NCBI GenBank assembly: GCA_040285855.1
Contig: JAUFOQ010000017.1
Location: 806,001-870,000 of the forward strand
Direction of reading: 5' to 3'
DNA from: Eukaryota sp. GEM-RC1
Lineage: Eukaryota
Length of the DNA stretch: 64,000 nt
Each line of letters opens with the position of its first letter. Position 1 is the first letter of the stretch. This document shows positions 40,901 to 52,869 of this stretch, piece after piece. Under the pieces are notes generated by a model. It was not told the origin of the DNA. It was given only the letters and a program-made list of their open reading frames with translations, and made no database searches. A program made the translations under genes and the position numbers.

Positions 40901-42162
40901 ACCTGGCTACGAAGTGTAACATGACGCCTGTCAACAAAAATGTTCGCTTCACATCTGCAAACAATGTCGAGTCCCGGTCCTTGGGTAGCGCCCAGGGCAT
41001 CTTGACCTTCAATACCAGTAGTATCGCGTACCTGACACATGTGGATAAGACTTGACCAATAATACCTGGATCCAACAAACTATTATTGGGAATTGATCGG
41101 ATGAAACAGTTAGGACTACTGACCGAAGACGGACTAGTCATCCGGATTGACAAGGCCATCCTGGCCACTGTGAACGATGAGTCCGAGTTCGACTCACGCA
41201 TCATACAACCTCCCCGTAGCCATTCTATCGATAAATATTGTAGACTTTAATAAACATGTATTCGATTCAGGTTGCACAATCAAATTAGATGATGATAACA
41301 GATCCAAGAGCTTATTGAGCCTGCTTCAGGAGTTTTCCTCAATATTCTCAACAGCTCCTCACAAAGATGGCATCGATTGTCCTCCCATTGCGATTGACTT
41401 CTACAACGAAGAGTCCACTGTGAGACGAAAACCTCGACGGCTCAATCCAATGAAACCCATCTCATGAAATCCAATTGCCGAAGAGATTTTCGATGAACTT
41501 GTCCGTTAGGACTTTGCTGAGTTAACAACTCCCAATGGACAGTTCAGTTTACCGGTAGTACTGGTGGTCTATCCCGATCAACGTAAGCCCCGCCTTACGG
41601 GAGACTTCAGTGGTTCCGATGGAATTAACGCATTGACCCGAGTTGTCGAACCGAATCTTCCTAAGATCATCGACATCTTGGAATTTCTGAGTGAAGCTAA
41701 CTTCATAGCAACCTTGGATATTCCGAAAGCCTTCTGGCAATTGAACCTCGCAGAAAAGGACAGAGACAAGACAACTCTGGTAATCCCTGGCAAAGCCATC
41801 CGATTTAAAAAAGCTTGTTTTGGACTCAAGAACGTCCCTGCGATATTTCAAAATTTGATGTATGAAATATTCGACCATGAGGGCATTTTCATCTACATCG
41901 ATGACATCATCATAGTAGGCCGTACTTTCCAAGAATTTATGGACCGATTACGATTCGTTCTGACTAAAGCATTCACACGTAGAGTCAACCTCGGCCTACC
42001 CAAATGCAATTTCGTGACAAAGAGACACCCACTAAAGATCTTGGGTAGTAAGTTCGTTAACAATACACGCAGTATTGACCCTTTGCGTATCACAGCTCTC
42101 TTAGAGTTGCCCGTACCAACAACAATCAAAGAAGTTCGTAGCTTCGTGGGTTCGATTAACTA
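37923..42162 (+). mobile_element. Ty3/gypsy LTR-retrotransposon internal region (gag-protease-RT), inactive and 3'-truncated
   Basis: Gag with CX2CX4HX4C knuckle (CRFCGEKGHSILQC); aspartic protease GFWDSEAT..LLGID; RT LDIPKAFWQL, FGLKNVP, YIDD. In-frame stops at 41053, 41465 and ~41507. Ends abruptly at a TA-started palindromic element; no RNase H, integrase or LTR seen. Confidence 0.9.
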
Positions 42163-42330
42163 CAGCAATTGGTTTAATTAGTGTGGACCACACTAATTTT
42201 CATTACATTTTTCCGCTCGTAGAAATTAGAATTAGTGTGGACCACACTAATTATAATCCACACTAATTATAATTTAATAAAAATAGTGTGGACCACACTA
42301 ATTTTCTGAAACAAGAATTAGTGTGGATTG
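42163..42330. repeat. Cluster of 23-bp palindromes AATTAGTGTGGACCACACTAATT, probable end of a TA-flanked MITE
   Basis: Perfect copies at 42176-42198 and 42230-42252, a core copy at 42284-42300, and half-sites at ~42259 and ~42316. Begins TA|CAGCAATTGG right where the gypsy RT stops. Confidence 0.75.
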
Positions 42331-42448
42331 AAATCTTCTTTAAAAGATGTTATTATATTTGTAGTTGGTGTTGTGTATATTCTTGGAACAATACAAAACT
42401 ATAGAAGTTCTTTCAATAATGTTTTTAATTTACTACTAATATGAAAAT

Positions 42449-43190
42449 TAGGGGTGGGCAAAAGTTAACCCACTAAAGTCAAACTAAACTGGACTAATGA
42501 CGCACCAAAGTGAAACGGTAAATTCATTAGTTGCACTAACACTAAACTAACAAGCAATTAGTCGGGTGAAAACCAAATTCAGATTCCTTTAGTCGGGTGA
42601 AAACTAAACTAAATTGAATTTTGGTGTACTAAACCAAAAGTTAGTGTGAATTAACGTACGTTAAACTAAAATTGTATAATTTGTAATTACGTGTATTTGT
42701 TCAAACAAAAACTTAATCGTCTGTTATTAAATAAACTAATAAGATCACACTAAAACCAATAATCAATCATTTTCAACTACATTGTACACTATCGATCATC
42801 TACTCGTCCCAATTTCCAATGTCCAACTACAATTTCAAACACAATTGACTTCTAACCTTTGTGTCGGAAGGACAACTTCTCTTACGCGATACTAAGTTAC
42901 CAGCACTGGCAAAAACACGTGCACATGGTACAGAGGTAGGTTGGATTCAATTTGAGGGGCTTTTTGAGAGTAGAGCTATCGGGATCAGTGTCAGACTCAA
43001 CCTCAATGAAACTAGGCTTTTTAGAAGATGGTAAATTCATTGAACTAGTTGTTATGAGGTTAAGAAGATGTAAGACATCTAATTTAGAAGCTCAATATTA
43101 TAAGATTAGTGACTCATCATTACAATGTTGTTGATTTATTAGCTTTATAAGGGGTAAGGTAAAAGTAAATTCTAAAGATAAAAAACCTAT
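42449..43190 (-). mobile_element. Decayed hAT element with dimerisation-domain remnant
   Basis: Terminus TAGGGGTGGGCAAAA at 42449; AACTAA-rich subterminal repeats; minus-strand IQPTSVPCARVFASAGNLVSRKRSCPSD (~42860-42946). The other end was not identified. Confidence 0.65.
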
Positions 43191-43197
43191 GTTCAAC

Positions 43198-43887
43198 CAG
43201 GGACTGTCAAAAATATATTGCAATATATTGCAGGCCTAAATTCATTTGCAATACAGTATTGCAATACTGCAATATATTGCAATAATTGGAAGCAATATAA
43301 GTATTGTTGAATTGATCATTATTACTGTTAAGTCAGTTGACAACTCCCACAATCATCATCGCGGATCATCTATGTTGGCCAGCGTCTGGTTAATCATGTT
43401 GCGAACCAGTAGAACGTCTACAATAAGTGAAATCTGAAGTTCAAATCGGAGTAACTTGTCTCTCATTTGTGTAAAACGGTGGTTTAAATGCACTAGCAAC
43501 CATTTCAACATGTTGATGTTCAAAACGCAAACCGTAAATCAGTCCATCTACCACTTTTTAAAGCAAACAACTATGGCGCTTGGCAATCGGTTTTCGATTG
43601 GGGAGAAAAGAGCACAAGACATTCATTTCTTGTGAGAAAAACCAGCAATTTCAACTTCATATTAGCGATAAGATGTTAAACTGTTTCCAAATATTAATAC
43701 TTATATACACTATATTGTTAATATCCTTCGGGAAGTGAACAAAATTAGATGAGCATAAAGTATTGTTCAAAATAGAAATTATTGCAATATATTGCAATAC
43801 AAAATGAGGCTGCAATACAGTATTGCAATACACAATACACAATATTGCAATTATTGCAAAAGTGCAATATATTTTTGACAGTCCCTG
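43198..43887. mobile_element. hAT-type MITE (690 bp) with perfect TIRs and 8-bp TSD
   Basis: 25-bp TIR CAGGGACTGTCAAAAATATATTGCA at both ends; TSD TGTTCAAC at 43190-43197 and 43888-43895; TATTGCAATA subterminal arrays. Confidence 0.95.
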
Positions 43888-44982
43888 TGTTCAACTCGAA
43901 CTCTAATACTAGTGTAAACCTAGGAAAAGTCAATCAATAGTAAGTTGACGATGGATTGAGCACAAACCGCGGTGGAGTTTAGGCGCAAAAGAAATTTGCT
44001 TACCAATTTTCAGCTCACCAAACCGTCCCAAGGACTGATCCGACTTATCAGACGAATTTGATTGCCATTACCAATGAACGTACCGGAAAAAAACAATAGC
44101 ATCGACACATTAATCGGAAGATGTAATAGAATGTCCTGTAAAAAAATACTCAAACGGTGAAGAACCAATGAGGAAACACTTTTCATAATTCAACTGAAGA
44201 CCAATCTCAGTAGAAAGCTCTATGCAATCTGGAAAAGCTGATAATCAATCATCAACATAAGCACAGAAATTCAAAGAAAATAACTTCATTTGAAACATAC
44301 GAATAATTGACTGCAAAGCCAGAAAAAATAAAAATGAACCAAGGTGATCGCCTTGTTTGACTCCACGTTGAGCAAGCAGTTTATCAGAATTATAAATAGG
44401 ATGACTTCCGATCACACATTAAAAAATAGGGGACCAATTGAAACAATTCTAGTTTCATGTCAATAAAAAGAGTAGACCTTAGAACTGAATTGAAAGCATT
44501 TGTGAAATAGATAGTCACGGCCTGGCACGTGTTAGGAATTTTGGATGATTTGTAACACGCAAATATCAGTAACAATTCTCGGTCTCAATGATGTGAAAAT
44601 GCATTTTGCTGCTAAAAGAATGAAAGACGCCGTTCTAAAAGTCCCCTACAGGGATGTAGATTATATGTATAGAAGAAATGAGCTATTTATCGTTGAACCA
44701 GAAACTTGTAACGCAAACACGTAACACGTCCTAACACGTGTTAGCGTTCACTGAGTTTGAGAGGCTTCTCAAGACAATTAATTATTCAAAATGTCGTCAC
44801 GTATAAAGGTAAAGTGTATATCAACTAAATGTAAATGCAGTGCGCGTATACTAGACATCAACCACTATATCTCTCTAAAATACTCTATGTGTCACTTAGA
44901 TTTTCTTGTGAGATGAAATCATTTGTCCAGTATATCACACATTACTGTTTGAGATGTTACATATGAAATGTCTAAATCTGAT

Positions 44983-45748
44983 AGGTAAAAGTTTTATTCG
45001 GTACCCAATAGGGTAACCTTCCTACAAAACTATGAAATTGTAAAAAAAAACAAATAATACTAAGATTATATCCAAACGACTTCTCCACCACCCGGTAAAA
45101 CATTACATTTATCAACATTAACCTTCACACCAAACTTATACAATTTCTCATTAAATCGAGAGAAATAGAAAGTCATATTCCGATATATGGAAAACACTAT
45201 ACGGTTTTTCCATCCAGCCATTCTAAACTTACGCTTCTTTTCTTTACACAGTTCTACGAAATCTTTGAAAAATTGATCACCAGCAAGACTAATCGATCCA
45301 AAAAGAGAAACAGCAAAAGGTTGAAACACAAATTTGGAATATGAGTTTCGATTTTATTCTTCTACGTGAGATTCATACTTGGAGTGTTTGAGCTTTTCAC
45401 CAGCTGTTAACGGATTAAAAGAAGAATCTAATATCCTACTAACACAAGATTTGTTACAAACATCTACTGTAGTAAAATTCATTGATGATTGACTCGATTT
45501 AAGCCACGGAGTATGGAGATCCCCTCTTTTTTGATCAGTAAATTTATTTTCTGAAAGATGATGCAAAACTGGTTCAACTTTAGAGTGAACACCATGTGCT
45601 TTAAACATGGAATAACAAGAATCACGTACACCATCATGAATTACTGCACGTAAATGAACAAAATAACGATAATTGATTAAATGACGATAAACACCACTAG
45701 CTCCACAAGAGCAAGTTGAATAGTTTAATAAATTTTCAGGCTCAATAG
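44983..45748 (-). mobile_element. 5'-truncated CRE/SLACS-like non-LTR insertion flanked by a 16-bp direct repeat
   Basis: AATGTCTAAATCTGAT at 44967-44982 and 45749-45764; encodes CSCG..HLIN..RAVIHDGVRD, KRGDLHTPW and PFAVSLFGS. Confidence 0.85.
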
Positions 45749-45966
45749 AATGTCTAAATCTGATGATTTTGACTGTGATCAGCTTGCAAAGATCCCCCCA
45801 AATCCAGATATCTTAACCCTGTTCAATCACATGAACCAGGAAGATGCTGTCAGTCCATTTTTGTAGATTCTAATAGAATTAATCTTGTTTTAAATCATTT
45901 CCTTGTGTAATTGGGCGTGACTCAACAAGCAACATTCTGTTTCTCCAGCTCACTCTATTGTTTTGA

Positions 45967-47449
45967 ATGTTTACTTCCAGCTCCATTTCCAGACTCCCCT
46001 TTGTTCCAGTTATTACACCATCCACAGCATCTTCCTCCTCCCAAAAAACAACGTCATCCACATTGCACCTTCAACAATCGCTATTACTCTTAATCAAAGT
46101 TGATTTACTCAAGCGATTGTTCCAGACATCTTTAGAAGATAATGTTGAACATGAAGAAATTGCTCAGATATTCAACTTTGATGATCCTCGCCTTGATCTT
46201 CGTTGTTTGACGAATGCACTTGAATTATTCTTTGCCACTGTTGGTTATGTCAGTCATCATTTCTTCAACTCCGCGTTACTAGCAACTAAAATGTTCTTTG
46301 AAACTCTTTGCTCGTTTCCAGTGGTACCTGAAGATCTATCCCTGCTTTCGTCCATCACTTCTCTATTTGGGACTGAAGTTCACTCTATTTTCTTGCACGT
46401 CGATGACACTTTTGAAGTAAATGATTTTCTCAAGTATTCACATGTACTTTCAGGACTGAAGCTACGTCTAACATCACAAACCAATTTAAGTTTTTTAAAT
46501 CAATATTCTCATTTATTTTTTGCACGTCTTAAACAACTATCGCTTCATTTTGACTCATTTGTTTCCAGTGGAACTATTTAAATCTTTCAAGGAGAATTCC
46601 ACAATTACTAACTTTCAATTGGGTCACAACGCTATCAGTCATGACTGTGTTGTACAATTGAGTGAAGCTTTGAAACTTCATACAGTGATTTCCAGTATTA
46701 ATCTGGGATATACTTCAATCGGTTCCGAAGGTGTTAAACTCTTGCGACATGCAATGAAAAAAAATTCATCAATTTATTATCTAAATTTAGCAGGAAACGT
46801 AATCAAAGATGAAGGTCTCATCGCGTTAGCCGAAGCAATGGCTGTTAATTGTACTATCAAAGAAATCATTTTGCGTAATAATTCTATCAGCAATGATGGT
46901 GTCATAGCATTGGCTGAAGCATTGGCGGTGAATTCTTCGATACGTGTTATTGATCTGGCGTATAACTCTATCGGAGATGAAGGTATTAAGGTACTGGCTG
47001 AAGCTTTAAAAGTCAATTCAACTGTGAAAACGATTCATTTCGAGTTTAATTCTATTGGATTCGAAGGAGCTTTAGGACTGTCGGAAGCTTTGAAGGTCAA
47101 TTCCACGATTGTTGAGCTAAATTTGGGCTGCAATTCGATTGGTGATGCAGGTGTTGTAGCGTTGGCCAATGCTCTGAAAGTAAATTCTACAGTAACTGAG
47201 ATTTATTTACATGGAAATTCTATTGGTGTTGATGGTGCCAGATCTTTGACGCAAGTATTAACAGTGAATTCCACCCTTACCAGACTAATTCTATCATCAA
47301 ACTCCATTGGTAGTGAAGGTGGATTGTTATTTTCTGAGGCTTTGAAAGTAAATTCTTCAATTATGGAAGTTATTTTACAGGGGAATGCGATTGACCCACA
47401 GTCTGGACAACTATTTGTGAGAAATTCTGATGGTAGAATTATTTGTTAA
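45967..47449 (+). CDS. Leucine-rich-repeat protein with 28-aa RNI/NLRC3-like repeats (one frameshift near 46520)
   Basis: About ten repeats of the form LAEALKVNSTVxxIxLxxNSIGxEG. ORFs 45967..46581 and 46520..47449 overlap across a T-run. Confidence 0.85.
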
Positions 47450-47799
47450 CTCGTTCTTATTTTGGTATAAAATACCAGCACAAATCAATTATTTTACAAA
47501 ACGAATTTATTTCACTATGGTTATATGAAAATGTCGAGAGCCTTTAGGATTTGATAAATACATCTTTTGCTTGCTTCAAGAACTTCCCTTTAACAAAACG
47601 CAAATTCAACAAATACCAAATATGCCTAGAGTCAGATTTTTGTTTTAAACAAGTACATCAATCCTCAACTAACATGATAGTTCAAACTTAACATAGGAGT
47701 AACAATAGAACTTCTCGAAATTATCGTCAGTGACATCTGGAGAATTGTGTGTGTAAATTTCTTCTTGTCGCATCCAAAACTCTTCTTGACTTATTTTTA

Positions 47800-50736
47800 A
47801 TGTTAAACCTTGACAACGATGACGACATTCGGCGTGAATTACGGTCAATTGACTCTTGTTATACAGATTCTACCGATGGTCGTTTTGCTTCTATTGCTAT
47901 GAATTTCTATGAAAGAGACACTCTAGAACATGAAGCTAACAGACTTGACTCTATAATGGACAGTCTGGTTCTTCGGCACTGTTTCGCTTTGGAACGGTTT
48001 CTCCGACAGTATTCCACTGTTGTAGAAGAAGCAAATACCGCTAAGTCACATCTCTTTGACCTTCAAAAATATCTAAAACAAGCTGGTGACGATCTTGCAC
48101 TTACTGGCGGTACTTCATACACCAAACACATTGAATCCCTCCACAATGAATGTTCTGACCTCTCCTCAGAACTTTCAGAGCTTTATGCAATACGCGACAT
48201 CCTTTCATCACTCAATCTAATACAGGAACGTCTTTCATCAAACAGAATTCTCTCAGCTGCTCATCTCTTAGTCTTCAAATTAACAGAACATCATGATCTC
48301 TTAATCCACTGTTCAACAGACCTGTCCTCTCTCAAAACCACTTTTAAGGAACTCAAATCCTCCATCCTCACTTCTGCTGTCACCCAACTCTCAGACATAG
48401 TCTATGCCGGCTCCCCCTTCTACCACTCACCTCAACTATCACACCTCTGCTTCAACACTGTCATAAACCCCACCTTCTCCCCTGCTTCCATAAACCCAAA
48501 CCTTCCTTCAGACTCTAAAGTAGAACACTCACTACTGGACAAGGAAGCTGTTGACCTCAGCTCAGACCAATTCTCTCTCGATCCTGATGAAGTGGAGGGC
48601 CTGTTCTGTGATCGCCTTTCTATTCTCCTCTCTACCATCCACCTCCTCTCCTCTACAGATCCATCTCTACAAAAGAGTCTTCCCTTTATTATTGATCCTT
48701 TGTGTGACTTTGAGGGGAGGATTCGTGATGTTGCTTCAGAAACCATTTCTTGTACTTCTTTAACTAGAGCTGTTAAGAAGCTCATGTCTATACTGAATCC
48801 AAGTAAAAGGAGTGATGCTAGGTCAAAATTATTCCAGACTTCTACGGAATTCTTCTTCAATGATTCTTCTTCAATGAGTTCGAGAGTACCAAAGTCTCAG
48901 ACCTCAGCATACAGCTCAGGTCAACGGACTTCAGAAGACTTTTTCCCAAAGTCCTCTTTCAGTACATCTGGTTCGATCACGTCATCTCGTTATCAGACGT
49001 CTTTATTCCGAAAGTCTTCTGGTGTAAGGAAAAGAAGAAAGAATGTGGGTAATTCCCTATTTTCTGTGTTTAAAGGATTTAGACCCTGTCAACCTGAGAT
49101 TAGGCTCATTTCCAAAGCCTATGCCTTACTGTGTACCAAAATGATGTATGTATTTAAAATTGTATCTGTTGTCTTCAATGTTTTGTTGAAAGATCCCACG
49201 GTAGTTCACCAAAAACTTGTTTCTCTGTGGGTTACTCTCCAACACCATTTGATCAAGTTCGTGGCTGTCCACTGTACTTCAGAAGTAACTGATATGTCTA
49301 GTGAAGAGGGGCACTTTAGGTTTTCCTTCAAACATGCCTTTTCCGAGTGTGATGTCTCTGCACTATTTGAAATTGAGAGTAATTTAGCAATGTCACGTTT
49401 GATTAAGACACCTTCTGCATTTTTCCTGCTGACGTTGATACCCCAGACACTTAGATTTCAACAGGAAGTCATGAGAATTCTTGATGAATTCAAGGGAACT
49501 TCAAAGAAAGACGTTTCGCTTCAGTCTTTCCTGTTATCTGATGAAAACATTGCTTCTTTTAGAGCAATCTCTCGTAAAGATGCATTCAAGAAATTAGCTA
49601 AGATATTCGATCATCATTTCAGTCCATTTTCTCGATTTGATTATGACCCTCTGGTACTTTCCTTTTCTGGACCCGAGATTGAGCTCTCCTTGAATGACGT
49701 GTTCATTGCTCCGATATTCTCTGTTAAAGATGTTATTTTTAAACCACTTCCAGGACACAAAAATCCATTAATCAGATGTGTATTCGGACTAGCAGTCGTA
49801 ATCACTGAGCTGATTGCTGATTGTGCCAAGACTTTAACCCTTGTTAAATTCCTTCCCACCGTCTTTTGTCAAGTAGTTGAGAGTAGCATATCCCAAATAG
49901 AGGTATATCTGTTCCACGAGCTTGGAACTAAGTTTGAGAATGCTCAGGTGTTTGCGTCGACTGTTGATTCTCTATCATGGATGGAAGAATATCTCCGCTC
50001 GATTATCAAAAATATTTCAAATTGTTCAAATTATTTCAAATCTGCTCAATCAATGAATCCCAAGTCTTTCCACCGTAGAGGTGTTTCCGCTGCTAATCCC
50101 TACATGTCCCCCCTTCCGCCCTCTGATGTTACTGCTCCTGCTATAGTTGGTATTCCCATCAACTCCCTTAATGCTGATTTGGACGCCTTTGATTCTCTTA
50201 GCACTATTATATCCACAGCGGTGGACATGTGTGGGCAGCTGAAGAAAACTCTGCTCAAAACTCTATCTAAAATGATTGCCAATCAGTTATCCAATCATTT
50301 TGATGATTTTGTGGTCAATCAGCCCTTCAATAGCAAATGGACAAGTGGCATTTGTATAGATTTGTCAGAAGTCGTTGCTTCAATCGGTCTCCTCCTAAGT
50401 GAAGATCTTCTCAGCGGAGTTGTACTCTCTGCAGTTGACTCTTTGGACTCCCTTTTGTTGAACATTCCCATTACTCCAACATTGGTCAAGAAAAACCTAC
50501 CACTGGATGTGCTAAAGGGAATTAATCACTTGAGGAATACTGTTTCTGGACTAGTACTGGGGTCTGAGGGGAAGGTGTTGAGATCGGCTTTTGTGTTCTT
50601 TTCCTTGTTTGAAGTGGTGGTTGAAGGGGATGAGGAGAAGACTAAGAGAGCTGTTAGTGAGGCTTTGAGTGAATGTCCGCTGATTACTGATGGGCATGTT
50701 GCTGGAATTTTTAAAGTTTTGGGAATGAAAATGTAA
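47800..50736 (+). CDS. SEC8: Exocyst complex component Sec8/EXOC4-like protein
   Basis: ~980-aa helical protein, first ATG at 47800. The N-terminal coiled-coil (LDSIMDSLVLRH..FLRQYSTVV..AKSHLFDLQKYL..IQERLSSNRILSAAHLL) fits the Sec8/CATCHR N-terminal pattern. Confidence 0.6.
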   Translation: MLNLDNDDDIRRELRSIDSCYTDSTDGRFASIAMNFYERDTLEHEANRLDSIMDSLVLRHCFALERFLRQYSTVVEEANTAKSHLFDLQKYLKQAGDDLALTGGTSYTKHIESLHNECSDLSSELSELYAIRDILSSLNLIQERLSSNRILSAAHLLVFKLTEHHDLLIHCSTDLSSLKTTFKELKSSILTSAVTQLSDIVYAGSPFYHSPQLSHLCFNTVINPTFSPASINPNLPSDSKVEHSLLDKEAVDLSSDQFSLDPDEVEGLFCDRLSILLSTIHLLSSTDPSLQKSLPFIIDPLCDFEGRIRDVASETISCTSLTRAVKKLMSILNPSKRSDARSKLFQTSTEFFFNDSSSMSSRVPKSQTSAYSSGQRTSEDFFPKSSFSTSGSITSSRYQTSLFRKSSGVRKRRKNVGNSLFSVFKGFRPCQPEIRLISKAYALLCTKMMYVFKIVSVVFNVLLKDPTVVHQKLVSLWVTLQHHLIKFVAVHCTSEVTDMSSEEGHFRFSFKHAFSECDVSALFEIESNLAMSRLIKTPSAFFLLTLIPQTLRFQQEVMRILDEFKGTSKKDVSLQSFLLSDENIASFRAISRKDAFKKLAKIFDHHFSPFSRFDYDPLVLSFSGPEIELSLNDVFIAPIFSVKDVIFKPLPGHKNPLIRCVFGLAVVITELIADCAKTLTLVKFLPTVFCQVVESSISQIEVYLFHELGTKFENAQVFASTVDSLSWMEEYLRSIIKNISNCSNYFKSAQSMNPKSFHRRGVSAANPYMSPLPPSDVTAPAIVGIPINSLNADLDAFDSLSTIISTAVDMCGQLKKTLLKTLSKMIANQLSNHFDDFVVNQPFNSKWTSGICIDLSEVVASIGLLLSEDLLSGVVLSAVDSLDSLLLNIPITPTLVKKNLPLDVLKGINHLRNTVSGLVLGSEGKVLRSAFVFFSLFEVVVEGDEEKTKRAVSEALSECPLITDGHVAGIFKVLGMKM

Positions 50737-50963
50737 GATTTCTGTAGTTTATTGTTGTATTTCATTCGTATTTGTACATATTTTTTTGTCTTTTTCCGGG
50801 TTTTCTTGTTTCCCTTTGACCAGACCAGTCTTTAATAAACAGTCAACATTTTCAAATATCTCTAATGATCAGCATTTGTTGAAATGATTAACGTCATCAT
50901 GAGGGACACTGTTTAATACAGTATATAATATTTCACAGTAAATAGAAAAAAACAACTCAAACG

Positions 50964-51318
50964 TTAAGATGAAGCTTCATCTAGAGGTATCTCAGGATAT
51001 TGCTTGTAATACACACGTGCTTCATCGATGTTCTATGATAAGAAACTAAATCACCAACCCTTTTGAGTCTTTCATATTCCGAAGGATGGTTGCGGAGAGT
51101 GATGACTTTGTATAAAATACTGATTAACGAATATGTACCAAAGACAGCAATGTAGATTAGAGGAACCTGTGGTGAAATCAAGAGGATAACTGAACCATTT
51201 GGATGAAAAGAACTAGATGGGGGTTCATTGTTTGTTTTTTGACTGTAACGTATGCTAACGACATCCAAATCGAAACAAAGACAGACAATTTGAAGAGGGA
51301 TCGGGTGAAAGCAGTCAT
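50964..51318 (-). CDS. DPM3: Dolichol-phosphate mannosyltransferase subunit 3; exons 51318-51196, 51166-51059, 51032-50964
   Basis: Splicing two GT-AG introns (29 and 26 nt) yields 99 aa: MTAFTRSLFKLSVFVSIWMSLAYV..VPLIYIAVFGTYSLISILYKVITLRNHPSEYERLKRNIDEARVYY.., i.e. two TM helices plus the FGxYS..IxEAR pattern of DPM3. Confidence 0.85.
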
Positions 51319-52869
51319 GGACTTAAGTAGATGTTGAGAGGGTGTTGCAAATCACGCAATTCTTTCCCAACACTAACAACACAACATTGTACTTGTCCCT
51401 TATGCAAGATGTGCTAGATAAGTGTAATATCGTTTCATGATGACAATGATCTCCATAGTTTGGTCTTTATTTTGATGTACATCCTCCATTTGGACAAATC
51501 ACGGCTGAAATTTGACTTGGTTCATCTTACCATTCTTGAACACTGCATTCACAAATCTCGTGACTTCTTCTCTTTCAAAGAATTCAATCAGAATTATCAC
51601 TTTTAGGTAATTACCACCCTCGTAAAGACTTTCAAGGACTTTCCACATTGGACGTTGGACTTATGCTGAGATGCTTTTTGATAGTTGTATAATTTCCCAA
51701 ACCCTCACTGTATAAGGTGTTCACTTGTTATGATGTCAAATCTTGTCAATGTTGGACTTCTTCTGTTACAAAATTTTTTGTACAATTTAATTTTCACAAG
51801 AAACCAAAACTTTGAGCTGAAGTTAATCACTTCTAGTTGATTCGATCAGTCTGGAACTTCTTTGGTTTTAAAATTTTGTTCTTTACAGAATCATCAATGC
51901 AATTCAACATCTTATAACATATATTCTCCTTGTTTTACTTTACATCATCTGATCGATGATCTTTTCTTTTTTCTATGTGGAGCGAAACGCTTTTTATTGT
52001 CTTTAAACTTATCACGATAATTCTCTCTTTTTGCACCTTTGTAATTTTGCCCCAATTATACCTGAAATATCTACTTAAATCTTTCTAATTCAGTAGTGTT
52101 ATTGGTTCTTTAGGTGAGTGCAATTCTGTCAACTATCGGTATGACGTTCCATTCTGTGATGAATCTGAGACATACTACTTTGGTTGAAGCTGGTGAATGT
52201 GTCTCTTTGACGTTCTCATAAAACGGAAGCAGCAGTTATGGAGACGATTTACCAACGTTTTGCTGTAAGTTTTCTATTTTTACCAGACTTTGCCAATATA
52301 GCATAAACAAGAATGCTCCTTCAGCTGCTAAATCTGGCAACATAATCGTGAGTACGCTAACACGGATCTGTAATTCTTGAGTCCTTTCTAAGGGTTTCAA
52401 AAGCGGCTTCCTTCAACATTTGATTTGGTAATGTATCAAACGTTCAATGCACTATTGTTGTCTCTGTTCCAAAAAACACAACATTGCTTGTTTTTATTGA
52501 CGACGAATCAGCTTTGGTTAAAATTAAAATATGAGATCAAGCTATTTCTCTTAATACAATGCTACAGCTTTATCGTCACCATAAACCACTAACTTCGGGA
52601 CCTCACGTCGTTGTTCACAGACAGCGTCATCGGTCAACAGAGCCGAGACGAATAAGAACCGACTCCTCTGAGCGTCTGCAGGTGTATATGTGGAGTCCAA
52701 TCGTTCAATTGTTGTTTCTTCACTGCGTTAGAGGCCGGAGAATTTAGAAGAGAGTTGATTTGTTTTTGCTTCACATCATGGGTTAGGACATGTTCAGTGA
52801 GCTTTGAAGAGGCTGCGTATTCTTTCACTGCCTTTTTACGGCTGCCGGGACACAACCGACAAATACGAA

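Noticed and set aside
51400..52600. Possible integrase/RNase H continuation of the 53-kb gypsy relic
   Set aside because: Stop-ridden in all frames, and I could not recognise any diagnostic motif.
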